In this document: positions 9,507 through 19,966 of the stretch, in pieces | Layout: the number at the start of each line of letters is the position of its first letter | How positions within the stretch are numbered: the first letter of the stretch is position 1 | Assembly: GCA_965277715.1 (NCBI GenBank) | Contig: OZ255836.1 | Coordinates: forward strand, 2,656,001-2,720,000 | Reading direction: 5' to 3' | Source: Gammaproteobacteria bacterium | Lineage (GTDB): Bacteria > Pseudomonadota > Gammaproteobacteria > JBCCGL01 | Length of the DNA: 64,000 bases | Position numbers and translations under genes: made by a program | Notes under the pieces: model-generated | Databases searched by the model: none | What the model was told of the DNA's origin: nothing | Seen by the model: the letters and a program-made list of their open reading frames with translations, nothing else

Positions 9507-10498
9507 TGCGAACGGGCACCCGTCGTCGGCTCGCCGATCAGCGCATCGACATAATCAACCGGGTCGAACACGCGCAAATCGTCGATTTTTTCACCCACGC
9601 CGATAAAGCGCACCGGCAGCGACAGCGTTTTTGCCAGGGAAAACAGCGCCCCTCCCCTGGCCGTGCCGTCGAGCTTGGTGATCACCAGACCAGTGACGTT
9701 CATCGCCGCAGAAAAAGCCTCCGCCTGGCGCAAGGCGTTTTGCCCCGTGCCGCCGTCTAATACCAGCAGGGTCTCGTGGGGCGCCCCGGCGTCGAGCTTG
9801 CCGAGTACGCGCTTTACCTTGACCAATTCATCCATCAGACCGGCCTGAGTGTGCAGGCGCCCTGCTGTATCGGCAATCAGCACATCGATATTGCGCGCCT
9901 GCGCCGACTGTAGGGCATCAAAAATAACCGAGGCCGAGTCCGCGCCCTGCTGCTGTGCCACTACCGGCACATTGTTGCGTTCCCCCCAGGTTTGCAACTG
10001 TTCGATTGCCGCCGCACGAAACGTATCCCCGGCGGCCAACATCACCGATAGACCCCCCGCCTGCAGTTGGCTGGCAAGCTTGCCAATCGTGGTCGTTTTG
10101 CCCGCCCCATTCACCCCGATAACCAGAATCACAAAGGGCGGCGCCTGCGTATCGATTTCCAGGGGGTGCGCGCAGGGCTGCAACAGTGCAACCAAAATGG
10201 ATTTAAGCGCGTCAATCACGGCGTCGGTGGAGGCACCCGGTGATTTTGATAGTTGTGCACTCAGCGCTCCGACAATATGCTGTGTCGCCTCGACACCGAC
10301 ATCGGCAGTAAGCAATTGGTCTTCCAGACCATCGAGTAGTTGTTGGTCGAGGGGGCCTGATCCGCGTAGAAAATTGAGGATGCGGCGCGTAAATGTCGAG
10401 CGAGTTTTTTCCAGTTTTTTATCCAGCGCGGGTGTATCGGGTGTCTCTTGCGGGGTCGTAGTGCGGCTTTTCCTGCGGATAAAACTGAATAGGCTCAT
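9503..10498 (-). CDS. ftsY: SRP receptor FtsY
   Basis: GVNGAGKTTT, DTFRAAA, DTAGRL, TKLDG. Probable start at MSLFSF (10498). Confidence 0.95.
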   Translation of the reverse strand: MSLFSFIRRKSRTTTPQETPDTPALDKKLEKTRSTFTRRILNFLRGSGPLDQQLLDGLEDQLLTADVGVEATQHIVGALSAQLSKSPGASTDAVIDALKSILVALLQPCAHPLEIDTQAPPFVILVIGVNGAGKTTTIGKLASQLQAGGLSVMLAAGDTFRAAAIEQLQTWGERNNVPVVAQQQGADSASVIFDALQSAQARNIDVLIADTAGRLHTQAGLMDELVKVKRVLGKLDAGAPHETLLVLDGGTGQNALRQAEAFSAAMNVTGLVITKLDGTARGGALFSLAKTLSLPVRFIGVGEKIDDLRVFDPVDYVDALIGEPTTGARSQ

Positions 10499-10559
10499 CG
10501 TAACTGTGGCGGTGTGTTGGTCGGTTGCGTATCCTATCATTCCAACGGGGGAGTTGGGG

Positions 10560-11171
10560 GTGAAAAAGAAAGTTAAAAAGATGCCTGTTCTGCGGATTGT
10601 TGGCGGTCAGTGGCGTGGCCGTAAGCTACCGTTTCACGCTGCAGAGGGTTTGCGGCCAAGCGGTGATCGTGTGCGTGAAACGCTGTTTAATTGGTTGCAG
10701 TGGGATGTTCGCGGCAGTCGTTGCCTGGATTTATTTGCAGGCAGTGGCGCCCTGGGGTTTGAAGCCGCTTCGCGTGGGGCGGCCCATGTGGTGATGGTGG
10801 ACAATAATGTAAACACGGTGCGGCAGCTCAATGCAAACCGGCAGCAGTTGTGCACTACGGCATCGCAGGCCGGGTTAATCGAAATTGTCCACGCCGATGC
10901 GATGGATTATCTGTGCAGCGCCCCCCAACCTTTCGATATTATTTTTATCGACCCGCCTTTTGCGCAAAAAAGAGTGACCGAAACCTGCGCGATGCTCAAT
11001 GCCCAGGGTTTATTGATGGACGATACTCTGGTATACGTCGAAACCCCGTACAAACAAGCTTACCAGATACCCGTTAGCTGGTCAGAGCACAAGTCTAGCC
11101 GGGCTGGGCAGGTAGCGATGAATTTGTACTTAAATAACCAGACCCCATGTATTGACTTGTGTGCAAGTTAA
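10560..11171 (+). CDS. rsmD: 16S rRNA m2G966 methyltransferase
   Basis: RIVGGQWRGRKL, LRP..DRVRETLFNWL, DLFAGSG, DPPF; divergent from ftsY. Start is GTG 10560 or ATG 10581. Confidence 0.93.
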   Translation: MKKKVKKMPVLRIVGGQWRGRKLPFHAAEGLRPSGDRVRETLFNWLQWDVRGSRCLDLFAGSGALGFEAASRGAAHVVMVDNNVNTVRQLNANRQQLCTTASQAGLIEIVHADAMDYLCSAPQPFDIIFIDPPFAQKRVTETCAMLNAQGLLMDDTLVYVETPYKQAYQIPVSWSEHKSSRAGQVAMNLYLNNQTPCIDLCAS

Positions 11172-11174
11172 TAC

Positions 11175-12431
11175 ATGGAGTCTAGAGAGTCGAAAAAAGC
11201 GGGTAGAGTCAATAAATCTATGCAACCTTCAGCCGACATTAACGCTGTGACATCCACATCTGGGTTTTATGCCGGGATAAAACCCTTTGAGGATTTCTCT
11301 CAGGTAATCGATCCCCGCAATTGCTGGCCAGCGCCCAGTGACTGGTATGTCGTTATTGCCGATATTGAAGGCTCTACCCGTGCGATTAATGAGGGCCGTT
11401 ATAAGCAGGTCAATATGATTGGTGCCGCCTGCATTAAGGCGGTATTGAATAGTTGCGATGAGGGCGAGGTGCCCTATGTATTCGGTGGGGACGGCGCGAC
11501 ACTGTTGGTTTCAGCGCAACGGCTGGAGGTCTGCAAAAAAGCCCTGCTCGGTGTGCAGCACCTAGCTGAAACGAAATTCAACTTATCGTTGCGCATTGGT
11601 GTTGTGCCGGTTTCGCGGTTTGCTACGGATAGTGGGTACAAGGTACTGGTCGGCAAGTACCAGGTGAGTCCTGGCAACGTATTGGCGATATTCTCCGGGG
11701 GCGGTGTTGATCTGTCCGAACGCTGGGTGAAGTCTGATCCACGTTACCTCGTGACTGAGACGTACAGTGAGCCACCTGATCTGAGTGGGCTTTCCTGCCG
11801 TTGGGAGCCATTGGCGTCGCAGAATGGTGTGATGCTAAGCATATTGGTGCAGGTCAATGCCGGGGATGATGCGGTGCAAGCGAAAACATACCGTGAATTG
11901 ATCAACGCAATTTACACCATTACGGCCAATCAAAAAAATGCCGCCAAACCAATTAGCGCGACTAATATGCGCTTTCGTTGGCCGCCACGCGGATTAAAGA
12001 CAGAAATTGATGCGACTGTTGGCCGACGAAACGTTTTTTTCTGGGCATTGCATTTATATTTAAACAGTTTATTGCAATGGTGCCTCGATTATTTTGATAT
12101 GAGTGCGGGGGGGTATCGGGGAAGGCGTTACCGTATTGAGTTGCGCGCTAATACAGATTACCAGCGCTTCGATGATATGTTGCATATGCTGCTCGATTGT
12201 AGCCCGGCACAGGCGGATGAGGTCGATGCGTTGCTCTCGGCGTATGCTGCCGATGGGGTGTTGCGGTATGGGTTGCACCGTGCAGATTCGGCGTTGATGA
12301 CGTGTTTGGTTTTCAATCTTGATAAGGGTGAGCATATTCATTTTGTCGACGGTAATTATGGGGGGTTTTGTTATGCTGCCAGACAGTTGAAGTCTCAGTT
12401 GAAATCTCAGTTAAAGTCATATGCACGATAG
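11175..12431 (+). CDS. DUF3095-family protein
   Basis: DWYVVIADIEGST..AI..GRYKQVN, PYVFGGDGA, DLSGLSCRW and HIHFVDG motifs. Confidence 0.75.
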   Translation: MESRESKKAGRVNKSMQPSADINAVTSTSGFYAGIKPFEDFSQVIDPRNCWPAPSDWYVVIADIEGSTRAINEGRYKQVNMIGAACIKAVLNSCDEGEVPYVFGGDGATLLVSAQRLEVCKKALLGVQHLAETKFNLSLRIGVVPVSRFATDSGYKVLVGKYQVSPGNVLAIFSGGGVDLSERWVKSDPRYLVTETYSEPPDLSGLSCRWEPLASQNGVMLSILVQVNAGDDAVQAKTYRELINAIYTITANQKNAAKPISATNMRFRWPPRGLKTEIDATVGRRNVFFWALHLYLNSLLQWCLDYFDMSAGGYRGRRYRIELRANTDYQRFDDMLHMLLDCSPAQADEVDALLSAYAADGVLRYGLHRADSALMTCLVFNLDKGEHIHFVDGNYGGFCYAARQLKSQLKSQLKSYAR

Positions 12432-12682
12432 TTGGGTTGGCTTTTATCTAATGGAGTAAAGTAAATCCTTGTTTCAGTGTATTTCTCTATCCTTTCACAG
12501 ACGAAGTTAGCGCTGCCCGGTAACTGCTCCTGCGTTACTCTACCTCCTGTGTCCCTACAGTCGTCGGCAACTGTTTTTGTAGACAGTAGACTGGTGCTGA
12601 TTGCGTGTGGTTGTGCCTCTGATGTATCGGCTGTTTATCTGGGCGGCTTTATATATTTACCAATACAACCCCTGGATTAAAT

Positions 12683-12719
12683 AGTAACTGTTGGTTGTTA
12701 AAAACAACCAACAGTTACT
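12683..12719. terminator. Perfect 17-bp-stem hairpin between convergent genes
   Basis: AGTAACTGTTGGTTGTT-aaa-AACAACCAACAGTTACT. Confidence 0.55.
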
Positions 12720-12769
12720 TTAAGTATTTAAAACACACTCCTCACCCACAACACCAACATAGCCATCAA

Positions 12770-14575
12770 CTACAAAAACCACCTCGCAACCAACAAAGCC
12801 CACCCCTCGACAAAATCCAGCAGCCACTGCTTGCCATCATCACCGTGTACGCCCAGTAAATACCAAACCCCGTACAGCAAACTCCCCGGCAACAGTACAA
12901 AACCCACTACCGGGGTAAACGAAATATACGCCCAGGCGAACAGGGTGGCGTCATGGTTATCCTCAAAGCGCGTCACAATCCAGCGCCGCAGTTTTTTTGG
13001 CGCCCATAACGTCGCCGCGCCACCCGCCAGTGCCATATGCACCAGCGTGGGTACCAAGGTTGAAAACAGCGCGAAGTAAATCCAGTAATAATTGATATTT
13101 CCAGCATCGCTGCGAATCCCCGCCAGCACACCGCTATCCCCCCTTAAATTAAGCACTATTCTTCCGGTAATGCCATTGGCCATTTCAATCGCCATCACGC
13201 TCAGCACAGTAATCAATAGCAATAAAACCACCGCCAGGAGAATATCCGCCAGCGCCCATAACAAGGCCTGCCAACTGGCGTGGTGACCACTGCGGATGGC
13301 CTGCAATAGACCACGGGTTATCCCCAATGAGAGCCAGTCGAGTGGAGCGCTAATCAGAGGTAATAGTAAACAGAACAGCGATATAAATAATGTGCCTGAA
13401 CTAGGAGCATATTTTAATCCTAAATAAGCAATGGAAAGAAAAAACAGTGTATAGCTCAGCCAGTATATACCGCGTTTTTGTGTTGAAATGCTTGCATACA
13501 GGGTGTTTGTTGCCACTATAGTAATGCCAGCAACAAAGGCTGCGATAGCGATAGCGATAACTATAGCTACATCGAAAGCGACACCAAGAGCTTCAATGGT
13601 ATCAAAAACCATAGTGAAAACAGCAGTGAAAACGACAATACCAGCCACAACACCAGCGACAACACCAGCGACAATACCAACGACAGCAATAACGATAACC
13701 ATAGCGACAGCGATAGCACCAACACCAGCATTAGGATCAGTAAAAACGCCTGTACCGGCAAGAATGACGACAGCAAGAATGACGCCAGTAAAAATGCCAA
13801 TAAAAGTGAAAATAAAAGCGAGATTGTTTATTTCTCGGTGGGCGGGTTTTATCGAACGGTGAACAATAAACCCCACCATAATCCCTCCACAATAAAGGGG
13901 TATAAACTGTAAGCAGAATCCAATAGAATACTGGAGCAGTAGCATTAACGGGTTTTCTTCAATGAAATACCCAATTATTAATGAACTCATTCCAAGTAGA
14001 GCTACACTGGTCAGATAGCGCCATTTGCCTGGTAGCTTAACAACCCTGATCAAGCCCCAGAGCAGACTGAGCAATCCAATAAGTACAAGCCATCGCCACT
14101 CAATGCTTATGTTGGGCATAAAAATCTCTCCACTACCGTCACCAAAGCTACCGTCGGCGCCCGCTGCCCAGAAAATAAAAAATGCCAGAATCGGGTAAAA
14201 AACCGCCAATACCAGGCTAAACCGATAAGACGTCTCGCTCCAGGGATTAAAGCCAAAGCAGCGGGTAACCCAGCCCTGTTTGTTATCAGTGGTAGATGGT
14301 GCCTGAATTTGCCCGGCCGGGAACCGTTCCGGGTCACCAATGACCCCGGCGGTTTTGCCCAGCAACCAGCCGAGCGCCTGGGTGTATAGCACGCCGTAGC
14401 GGTCTTGCTCCAGCCATTTCAGGCGTGTCTTGATTGAGTCCCGTTTTTTATTGTTGTGGAGTACTTTCCAATTGTACCTCGCCCAGCAGATCACCAGACG
14501 GATGCCGATGCCGATGTCGATGCCGAGTATGGGATGGTCTACCAACCAATCCAGAATAGGTGTGAAGTATGACAT
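12770..14575 (-). CDS. Hypothetical multi-pass membrane protein with a low-complexity A/V/G/I core
   Basis: 601-aa ORF with many hydrophobic segments and GVVAGVVAG-type repeats. Confidence 0.65.
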   Translation of the reverse strand: MSYFTPILDWLVDHPILGIDIGIGIRLVICWARYNWKVLHNNKKRDSIKTRLKWLEQDRYGVLYTQALGWLLGKTAGVIGDPERFPAGQIQAPSTTDNKQGWVTRCFGFNPWSETSYRFSLVLAVFYPILAFFIFWAAGADGSFGDGSGEIFMPNISIEWRWLVLIGLLSLLWGLIRVVKLPGKWRYLTSVALLGMSSLIIGYFIEENPLMLLLQYSIGFCLQFIPLYCGGIMVGFIVHRSIKPAHREINNLAFIFTFIGIFTGVILAVVILAGTGVFTDPNAGVGAIAVAMVIVIAVVGIVAGVVAGVVAGIVVFTAVFTMVFDTIEALGVAFDVAIVIAIAIAAFVAGITIVATNTLYASISTQKRGIYWLSYTLFFLSIAYLGLKYAPSSGTLFISLFCLLLPLISAPLDWLSLGITRGLLQAIRSGHHASWQALLWALADILLAVVLLLLITVLSVMAIEMANGITGRIVLNLRGDSGVLAGIRSDAGNINYYWIYFALFSTLVPTLVHMALAGGAATLWAPKKLRRWIVTRFEDNHDATLFAWAYISFTPVVGFVLLPGSLLYGVWYLLGVHGDDGKQWLLDFVEGWALLVARWFL

Positions 14576-14637
14576 AGCGCTGCTACTAGTGATGGTGTCT
14601 TCAGCAAACCAAATATCAGGGCAATTTACCCCACGCT

Positions 14638-15078
14638 TCAGGCGGTGGTGACATACCGCAGTAGTTCCACAACCTGCTCAGGGGTTTTCGCCCAGGCCAT
14701 CGCCGCGCCATCGACTTCTTTTAGGGGGTGGATGATGCCTTCATCGTGCAGGGTGATATAAGGCGTACCCAGTGCCGCGCAGTAGCCCGCATCGAAGGCG
14801 GCGTTCCACTGTTTGTACTTATCACCGAACCGCACGATGGCGATATCGCAGTTTTCAATCAGGCTTTTGGTGCGGATGCTGTTGACCTTGGATGATTTGT
14901 GGTCGCGCCAAAAGCTGTTGGTTTCACTGCCCAGTAGATCCCCCGCTGCATCACTGGCGGCGTGGTCGGTGACGGCGGAGGTGAATTCGACAGGCAGTTT
15001 GTGCTTTGCTGCGCCCGCTTCGATTTGATCGCGCCAGTCGGTGTGAATTTCACCGGATAGGTAAATGGTCCACTGCAT
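14638..15078 (-). CDS. YtoQ-family protein
   Basis: IYLSGEIHTDWR and FGDKYKQWNAAFDAG, HPLKEVD signatures. Confidence 0.85.
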   Translation of the reverse strand: MQWTIYLSGEIHTDWRDQIEAGAAKHKLPVEFTSAVTDHAASDAAGDLLGSETNSFWRDHKSSKVNSIRTKSLIENCDIAIVRFGDKYKQWNAAFDAGYCAALGTPYITLHDEGIIHPLKEVDGAAMAWAKTPEQVVELLRYVTTA

Positions 15079-15129
15079 TATTTTTTCCTCATAATTTTTA
15101 GTCGTGTGAAAAGTGCGGGCTGGGTTCAG

Positions 15130-15579
15130 TTAATCATTACTCATCGACCGCACGGAAGGGTATTTCACCGAGCCAAAACGAATAACCAGGCTCGCCAGTG
15201 CCAGGATCAATATACCCCCGGCAATGATTAATAAACCTTGATCCGGGCTGTTGTGGTGGGCCTGGATATCCCCCAATAACATGCGCGTTAAGGCGGTAAT
15301 GCCAACGTAGACGAGAAAACGCACCGGCATCCGTTTGGTTTTAAAGTAAATGCCGACCATTGCGCCCAGTTCGAGGTAGATAAACAGCAATAAAATATCA
15401 TCGATGGCGATATGGCCATTGCCAATCATATCGAACAGGGCGAGGCACGATGACCACACAATGGCGCCGCCGATGACAAATAAGGCCAGGTAGTGAAAGA
15501 CGCTGACCAACACGTTCCCCGCAAGGTTGAAGATACTTTCCAGTTTTTGGTTTAACACGTCGATATCGTCGATGTTCAT
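15130..15579 (-). CDS. PsiE-like (phosphate-starvation-inducible) membrane protein
   Basis: DILLLFIYLELGAMVGIYFKT...PVRFLVYVGITALTR. Confidence 0.85.
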   Translation of the reverse strand: MNIDDIDVLNQKLESIFNLAGNVLVSVFHYLALFVIGGAIVWSSCLALFDMIGNGHIAIDDILLLFIYLELGAMVGIYFKTKRMPVRFLVYVGITALTRMLLGDIQAHHNSPDQGLLIIAGGILILALASLVIRFGSVKYPSVRSMSND

Positions 15580-15758
15580 TAGTATAGCTGCTGATTTACA
15601 AAGCGCATTATGTTAGGGGGTTTCCAGCCAGCCGTAAATGTATAACGCCGTTAAGGGGGTGTTCACTGCCAATGACGCCATACCTGATCAAACGCGGATT
15701 TAACGACCTTTTAAGACGCCCTCTCAATGCATAGGCAGACGTGGTAGGGTGTTCGCTT

Positions 15759-16778
15759 ATGAACATTAACACACCGAATAATACCGGGCCGGATGAGCAG
15801 ACGCTGGCGTTTCAAAACCTGACCCCGGATGCGATTCTGGACGCAGTGGAAGCCTGCGGTTATTGGTGTGATGGGCGTTTACTGGCATTGAACAGCTACG
15901 AAAACCGTGTGTATCAAATCGGTATCGAAGGTGATTCCCCGATTATCGCCAAATTTTACCGGCCATTTCGCTGGAGCGATGAGGCGATTATTGAGGAGCA
16001 TATGTTCACCCGGGAACTGGCCGATGCCGGGTTGCCGGTGGTTGCGCCGCTGATCAATGCGCACGGTGAAACGTTGCACCGCCATTCACTGTATCGCTTT
16101 GGTGTTTACCCACGGCGCGGTGGTCGCGCTCCCGAGTTGGATGATCCGCAGCATTTGGAGATGATTGGTCGCTTTCTTGGGCGTTTGCATTTAGTCGGTG
16201 AAACCGGTGATTTTGCACAGCGTAAAACGCTGGATATTGTCGCGATGATGGCACAATCCGCGCAGTATGTCGTCGGCACTCAGTTATTACCGGATGCTTT
16301 GTTAGTTCCCTATAAAACGCTGCTCGATGATGTGCTCGAACAGGTTGCGCGGATTTGTGAGCGCGCTGGCCATATTGATCATCTGCGTATTCATGGCGAC
16401 TGTCACCCCGGCAATATTTTGTGGCGTGACGGTACGCTCAATATCGTCGATTTGGATGACTGCTGCAACGGCCCGGCTATTCAGGATATATGGATGTATT
16501 TGTCGGGTGACCGCTATTATCAAAATGCCCGCTTGGGTGATGTGTTGGCGGGGTATTGTGAGTTTCGTGAGTTTGATCCACGCGAGTTACGGTTGATTGA
16601 GCCGTTGCGTACTTTGCGGATTGTTTATTATGCCAGTTGGTTGGCAAAGCGTTATCAGGACCCGGCATTTCAGCAGGCTTTTCCCTGGTTTGGTGGCGCC
16701 CGCTATTGGGATGAGCATATTCTCGCTTTGCGTGAGCAGGCGGCTGTGTTGAATGAGCCGCCGTTGGTTTGGGATTAG
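15759..16778 (+). CDS. srkA: Stress-response Ser/Thr kinase SrkA/RdoA
   Basis: LNSYENRVY, KFYRP.RWS, HGDCHPGN, DLDDC, DPAFQQAFPWF. Confidence 0.92.
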   Translation: MNINTPNNTGPDEQTLAFQNLTPDAILDAVEACGYWCDGRLLALNSYENRVYQIGIEGDSPIIAKFYRPFRWSDEAIIEEHMFTRELADAGLPVVAPLINAHGETLHRHSLYRFGVYPRRGGRAPELDDPQHLEMIGRFLGRLHLVGETGDFAQRKTLDIVAMMAQSAQYVVGTQLLPDALLVPYKTLLDDVLEQVARICERAGHIDHLRIHGDCHPGNILWRDGTLNIVDLDDCCNGPAIQDIWMYLSGDRYYQNARLGDVLAGYCEFREFDPRELRLIEPLRTLRIVYYASWLAKRYQDPAFQQAFPWFGGARYWDEHILALREQAAVLNEPPLVWD

Positions 16779-17077
16779 GGGTGGAGGTGTAAGTCAGGGG
16801 GTGTGGGGTTTCGCTTGTGATGGTTTAAACCAATCTTAAAGTGACACCTACCAGGCTCAACTGTCACCTTGACTGGCCTGGGCTTCTGTCGGGCTGCAAA
16901 TGAGTGCGGTACAGGCGGTGAGAATACCTTGCTAACCGATATGGTTATGTGCCTTGGTGTATTGCCTGCTTATCAAAGTTGGGGAGCGGATAAATAAATC
17001 GTGATTGCCGCGCTTGCTGTATTTCAAAAGTATCGATCAAACGATATGCTTCATGCACTTACTATGAAGGGTTTGTT

Positions 17078-18325
17078 ATGCAACTGGATCTCAATTTTGT
17101 GCGCAGTCAGTTCGGCCAGTTAGCCGATGCTCCAGGGTTTGTTTTCGCCTCTAATGCAGGTGGCAGTTATGTGGCCAATCAGGTTAATCAGGTGCTGTCA
17201 CACTATAATCACCACACCCGTGTGCAACCCTATGAACGCTACCAGCCATCCTCGCTTGCCGGTCAGGCAATGGATCGCGCCCGTGCGCTCTGGGTGCAGG
17301 CGCTGGGTATCGATGATGATGAGCTGACTATCGGCCCCTCGACGTCGATGAATACTTATGTGCTGTCGCAGGCGATTGGCAGTACGCTTGGCCCCGGTGA
17401 TGAAATTGTCGTCACCAATCAGGATCACGAGGCCAATAGCGGTGTATGGCGGCGCAAGGCAGAGGAAAAGGGTGTAACGATCAGAGAGTGGCGGGTCGAC
17501 CCGGATACCGGTCTGCTGGATGGCGATGCCCTGGTTACCCTGCTCAACGATAACACCCGCTGGGTATTTTTTACGCATTGCTCGAATATCGTCGGTACGG
17601 CTAACCCGGTCGAGCGGTGGGTGTCGCTGGTTAAACAACACACATCCGCCCGCGTGTGCGTGGATGCCGTTGCCTATGCGCCACACAAAATCTGCGCGCT
17701 GCGCCAGCTCGGGGTCGATGCTTATGTGTTCAGTCTCTACAAGGTATACGGCCCGCACCAGAGCCTGCTCTATGTAAAGCGTGAGTTGCACGAACAGCTC
17801 GACGCGCAGTGCCATTACTTTAATACCGGGCACGGCGATAAGCTGTTTAACCCGGCTGGCCCACAGCACGCCCAGGTGGCCGGTTGTGCGGGGGTGATCG
17901 ATTATTTTGTCGATCTGCACGCCCACCACTACGGCGATCAGGACGCCGCGCTACCGGAGAAACTCAACGACCTGCACGGTTTGATACTCCAGCATGAAAA
18001 CGCCCTGGCGGCGCCGATTCTCGATTACCTTTCAGATAGCGCCAACACACGCCTGATTGGTAAAACCACGGTCACCGATAACGACCGCGCCCCAACCATC
18101 GCGTTTGCCCCGACCCGCCAATCGGCGCTGGCGGTCGCGACAAAAATGCAGGACAAAGGCATCGGCACCGAAAGCGGGCATTTTTATGCACACCGCCTGC
18201 TCACCGATCTGGGGATCAATACCGATGATGGTGTGGTGAGGATTTCACTGCTGCACTACAACCAGGTGGAGGATGTTGAGACAATCCTGTCGGCACTTGA
18301 TGAGGCGCTTAGCTCACCAGGTTAA
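17078..18325 (+). CDS. Class V aminotransferase / cysteine desulfurase-like protein
   Basis: DHEAN, HCSNIVG, DAVAYAPH, FSLYKVYGPH PLP lysine, VVRISLLHYN. Confidence 0.85.
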   Translation: MQLDLNFVRSQFGQLADAPGFVFASNAGGSYVANQVNQVLSHYNHHTRVQPYERYQPSSLAGQAMDRARALWVQALGIDDDELTIGPSTSMNTYVLSQAIGSTLGPGDEIVVTNQDHEANSGVWRRKAEEKGVTIREWRVDPDTGLLDGDALVTLLNDNTRWVFFTHCSNIVGTANPVERWVSLVKQHTSARVCVDAVAYAPHKICALRQLGVDAYVFSLYKVYGPHQSLLYVKRELHEQLDAQCHYFNTGHGDKLFNPAGPQHAQVAGCAGVIDYFVDLHAHHYGDQDAALPEKLNDLHGLILQHENALAAPILDYLSDSANTRLIGKTTVTDNDRAPTIAFAPTRQSALAVATKMQDKGIGTESGHFYAHRLLTDLGINTDDGVVRISLLHYNQVEDVETILSALDEALSSPG

Positions 18326-19052
18326 ACAGCGATAGCACTAATAGCGTGCCAATAGCGGCACGCCGAAACAGTTTCTCGCTGGATTGGCGAAACCCCAATG
18401 CCCCCAGCCAGGTACCCAGCAGGTAGGCGACGGCGCCTGGCAGTGCGGTGGTTATATCACTCATCGCTGTCGTGCCACTCGCGCTGGATATCAACGCAAA
18501 CCCCAGCGCGGTAAAAAAGGCCCAGGATATAATCAGCGTGCGCCCGGCATTTTTATCATAAGGCCCCAAAAGAATCGGTATTACGGCAACCAGCGCGATG
18601 TATGTGCCACCAAATATCACCCCGGCACTGGCGCCGACGGCGAGCAGGCCGGTGGTGGTCATCGGCTTCTTATAGCGGTAACCCAGCAACATCAATACAC
18701 ACGCCAGCACAATAATTACCGCGATGGCGCGTTTCATCCAGTCCGCATCCAGTGTCAGTAGCAGCCAGTGCCCCAGTGGGATAAAGAGCAGCGAGGGAAT
18801 TGCCATGGTCAACGTGGCACGCCAGTTGATCTGCTTGAAGTGGGTGATAAAAAGGTAGGTGCTCGCCGCAAAATCAACCACCAAAACCTTTGAGATAATG
18901 CTGATGGGGGTGAAAAAAATCGTCAAAATAGCCAGCATAAAAGCCGGGCCACCAAAACCGGTAAAGCCGCGAATCAAGCCCGCAGCGAAAGCCACCAGTG
19001 CGATAATCAGCGCGCCGGGCGCACCTGATATGAGCGGGGATAAGTCGTTCAA
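18309..19052 (-). CDS. TauE/SafE (TSUP) family exporter
   Basis: AGLIRGFTGFG N-terminal motif, about 8 TM segments, 247 aa. Confidence 0.8.
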   Translation of the reverse strand: MNDLSPLISGAPGALIIALVAFAAGLIRGFTGFGGPAFMLAILTIFFTPISIISKVLVVDFAASTYLFITHFKQINWRATLTMAIPSLLFIPLGHWLLLTLDADWMKRAIAVIIVLACVLMLLGYRYKKPMTTTGLLAVGASAGVIFGGTYIALVAVIPILLGPYDKNAGRTLIISWAFFTALGFALISSASGTTAMSDITTALPGAVAYLLGTWLGALGFRQSSEKLFRRAAIGTLLVLSLFNLVS

Positions 19053-19084
19053 ATTGTTCTTCTTATTAGTAGTGAGCGGTTACG

Positions 19085-19966
19085 CTATCGCCCCAGTTGC
19101 AACCGGCCCACTGCATCCTGGGCAAACTGCGCCGCCACACGGCCACTGCGGTTACCCCGCCTTAGCGCCCATTCGAGTGCGTGTTTGCGGGTTGTTTCAT
19201 CCAGAGAGACACCGCCGAGTTTATTCAGCCAGTGGCTGACAACCTGTAAATACAAATCCTGCGAAAACGGCTGGAATGACAACCATATGCCAAAGCGCTC
19301 GGACAGGGAGATTTTCTCTTCGACCGCCTCACCGTGGTGAATTTCACCGTGCACAACAACCGTATCGAGGTTTTCCTTTTTCATTTCGGGGAGTAGGTGG
19401 CGGCGGTTGGACGTGGCGTAAATCAGTACATTGTCCGGTGCCACGGCAAATGAACCGTCGAGTGCCGCTTTGAGGGCGCGGTAGCTGGAATCATCCGCCG
19501 AGAAGGACAGGTCATCGACAAATAAAATAAACCGCTCCGGGCGTTGCATCAGCGGCTCGACGATATGTGGCAGGTCAATCAGGTCGTGTGCATCGACCTC
19601 AACCACGCGCAAACCCTGGTCAAAATAACGGTTTAACAAGGCTTTGATCAGCGTCGACTTGCCCGTGCCGCGTGAGCCCCATAACAGGGCGTTATTGCAT
19701 GGCAGGCCACGCAGAAACTGCTGTGTATTGGCATCCAGTACGCTCTTTTGCCGGTCGATGCCGAGTAAATCGTCGGGCGAGATGGCGTGTACATTACGGA
19801 TCGCCTCCAGCGTGGCGCGCTCGCCCTGGCGGCGCCAGCGGTAGGCGTTGGCACCCCAGTCGATGGGTGTTTGGCTCGCGGGTGAAAACAACCCATCGAG
19901 CCGATCGACCAGTGCGTTAAGCCGTTGAAAAAGCTGATCGATTCGATTACTGCCCATATTTAACAT
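19085..19966 (-). CDS. DUF815-family AAA+ ATPase
   Basis: NALLWGSRGTGKS, DDLSF, YATSNRRHL, EEKISLSERFG, RSGRVA. Confidence 0.9.
   Translation of the reverse strand: MLNMGSNRIDQLFQRLNALVDRLDGLFSPASQTPIDWGANAYRWRRQGERATLEAIRNVHAISPDDLLGIDRQKSVLDANTQQFLRGLPCNNALLWGSRGTGKSTLIKALLNRYFDQGLRVVEVDAHDLIDLPHIVEPLMQRPERFILFVDDLSFSADDSSYRALKAALDGSFAVAPDNVLIYATSNRRHLLPEMKKENLDTVVVHGEIHHGEAVEEKISLSERFGIWLSFQPFSQDLYLQVVSHWLNKLGGVSLDETTRKHALEWALRRGNRSGRVAAQFAQDAVGRLQLGR

Noticed and set aside
9849-10559. Long N-terminal extension on RsmD (440-aa ORF)
   Set aside because: It is the antisense shadow of ftsY; RsmD homology starts at about 10560-10581.
12383-12419. QLKS x3 tandem repeat at the DUF3095 C-terminus
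   Set aside because: A short 12-bp slippage repeat at a protein end with no evidence of function.
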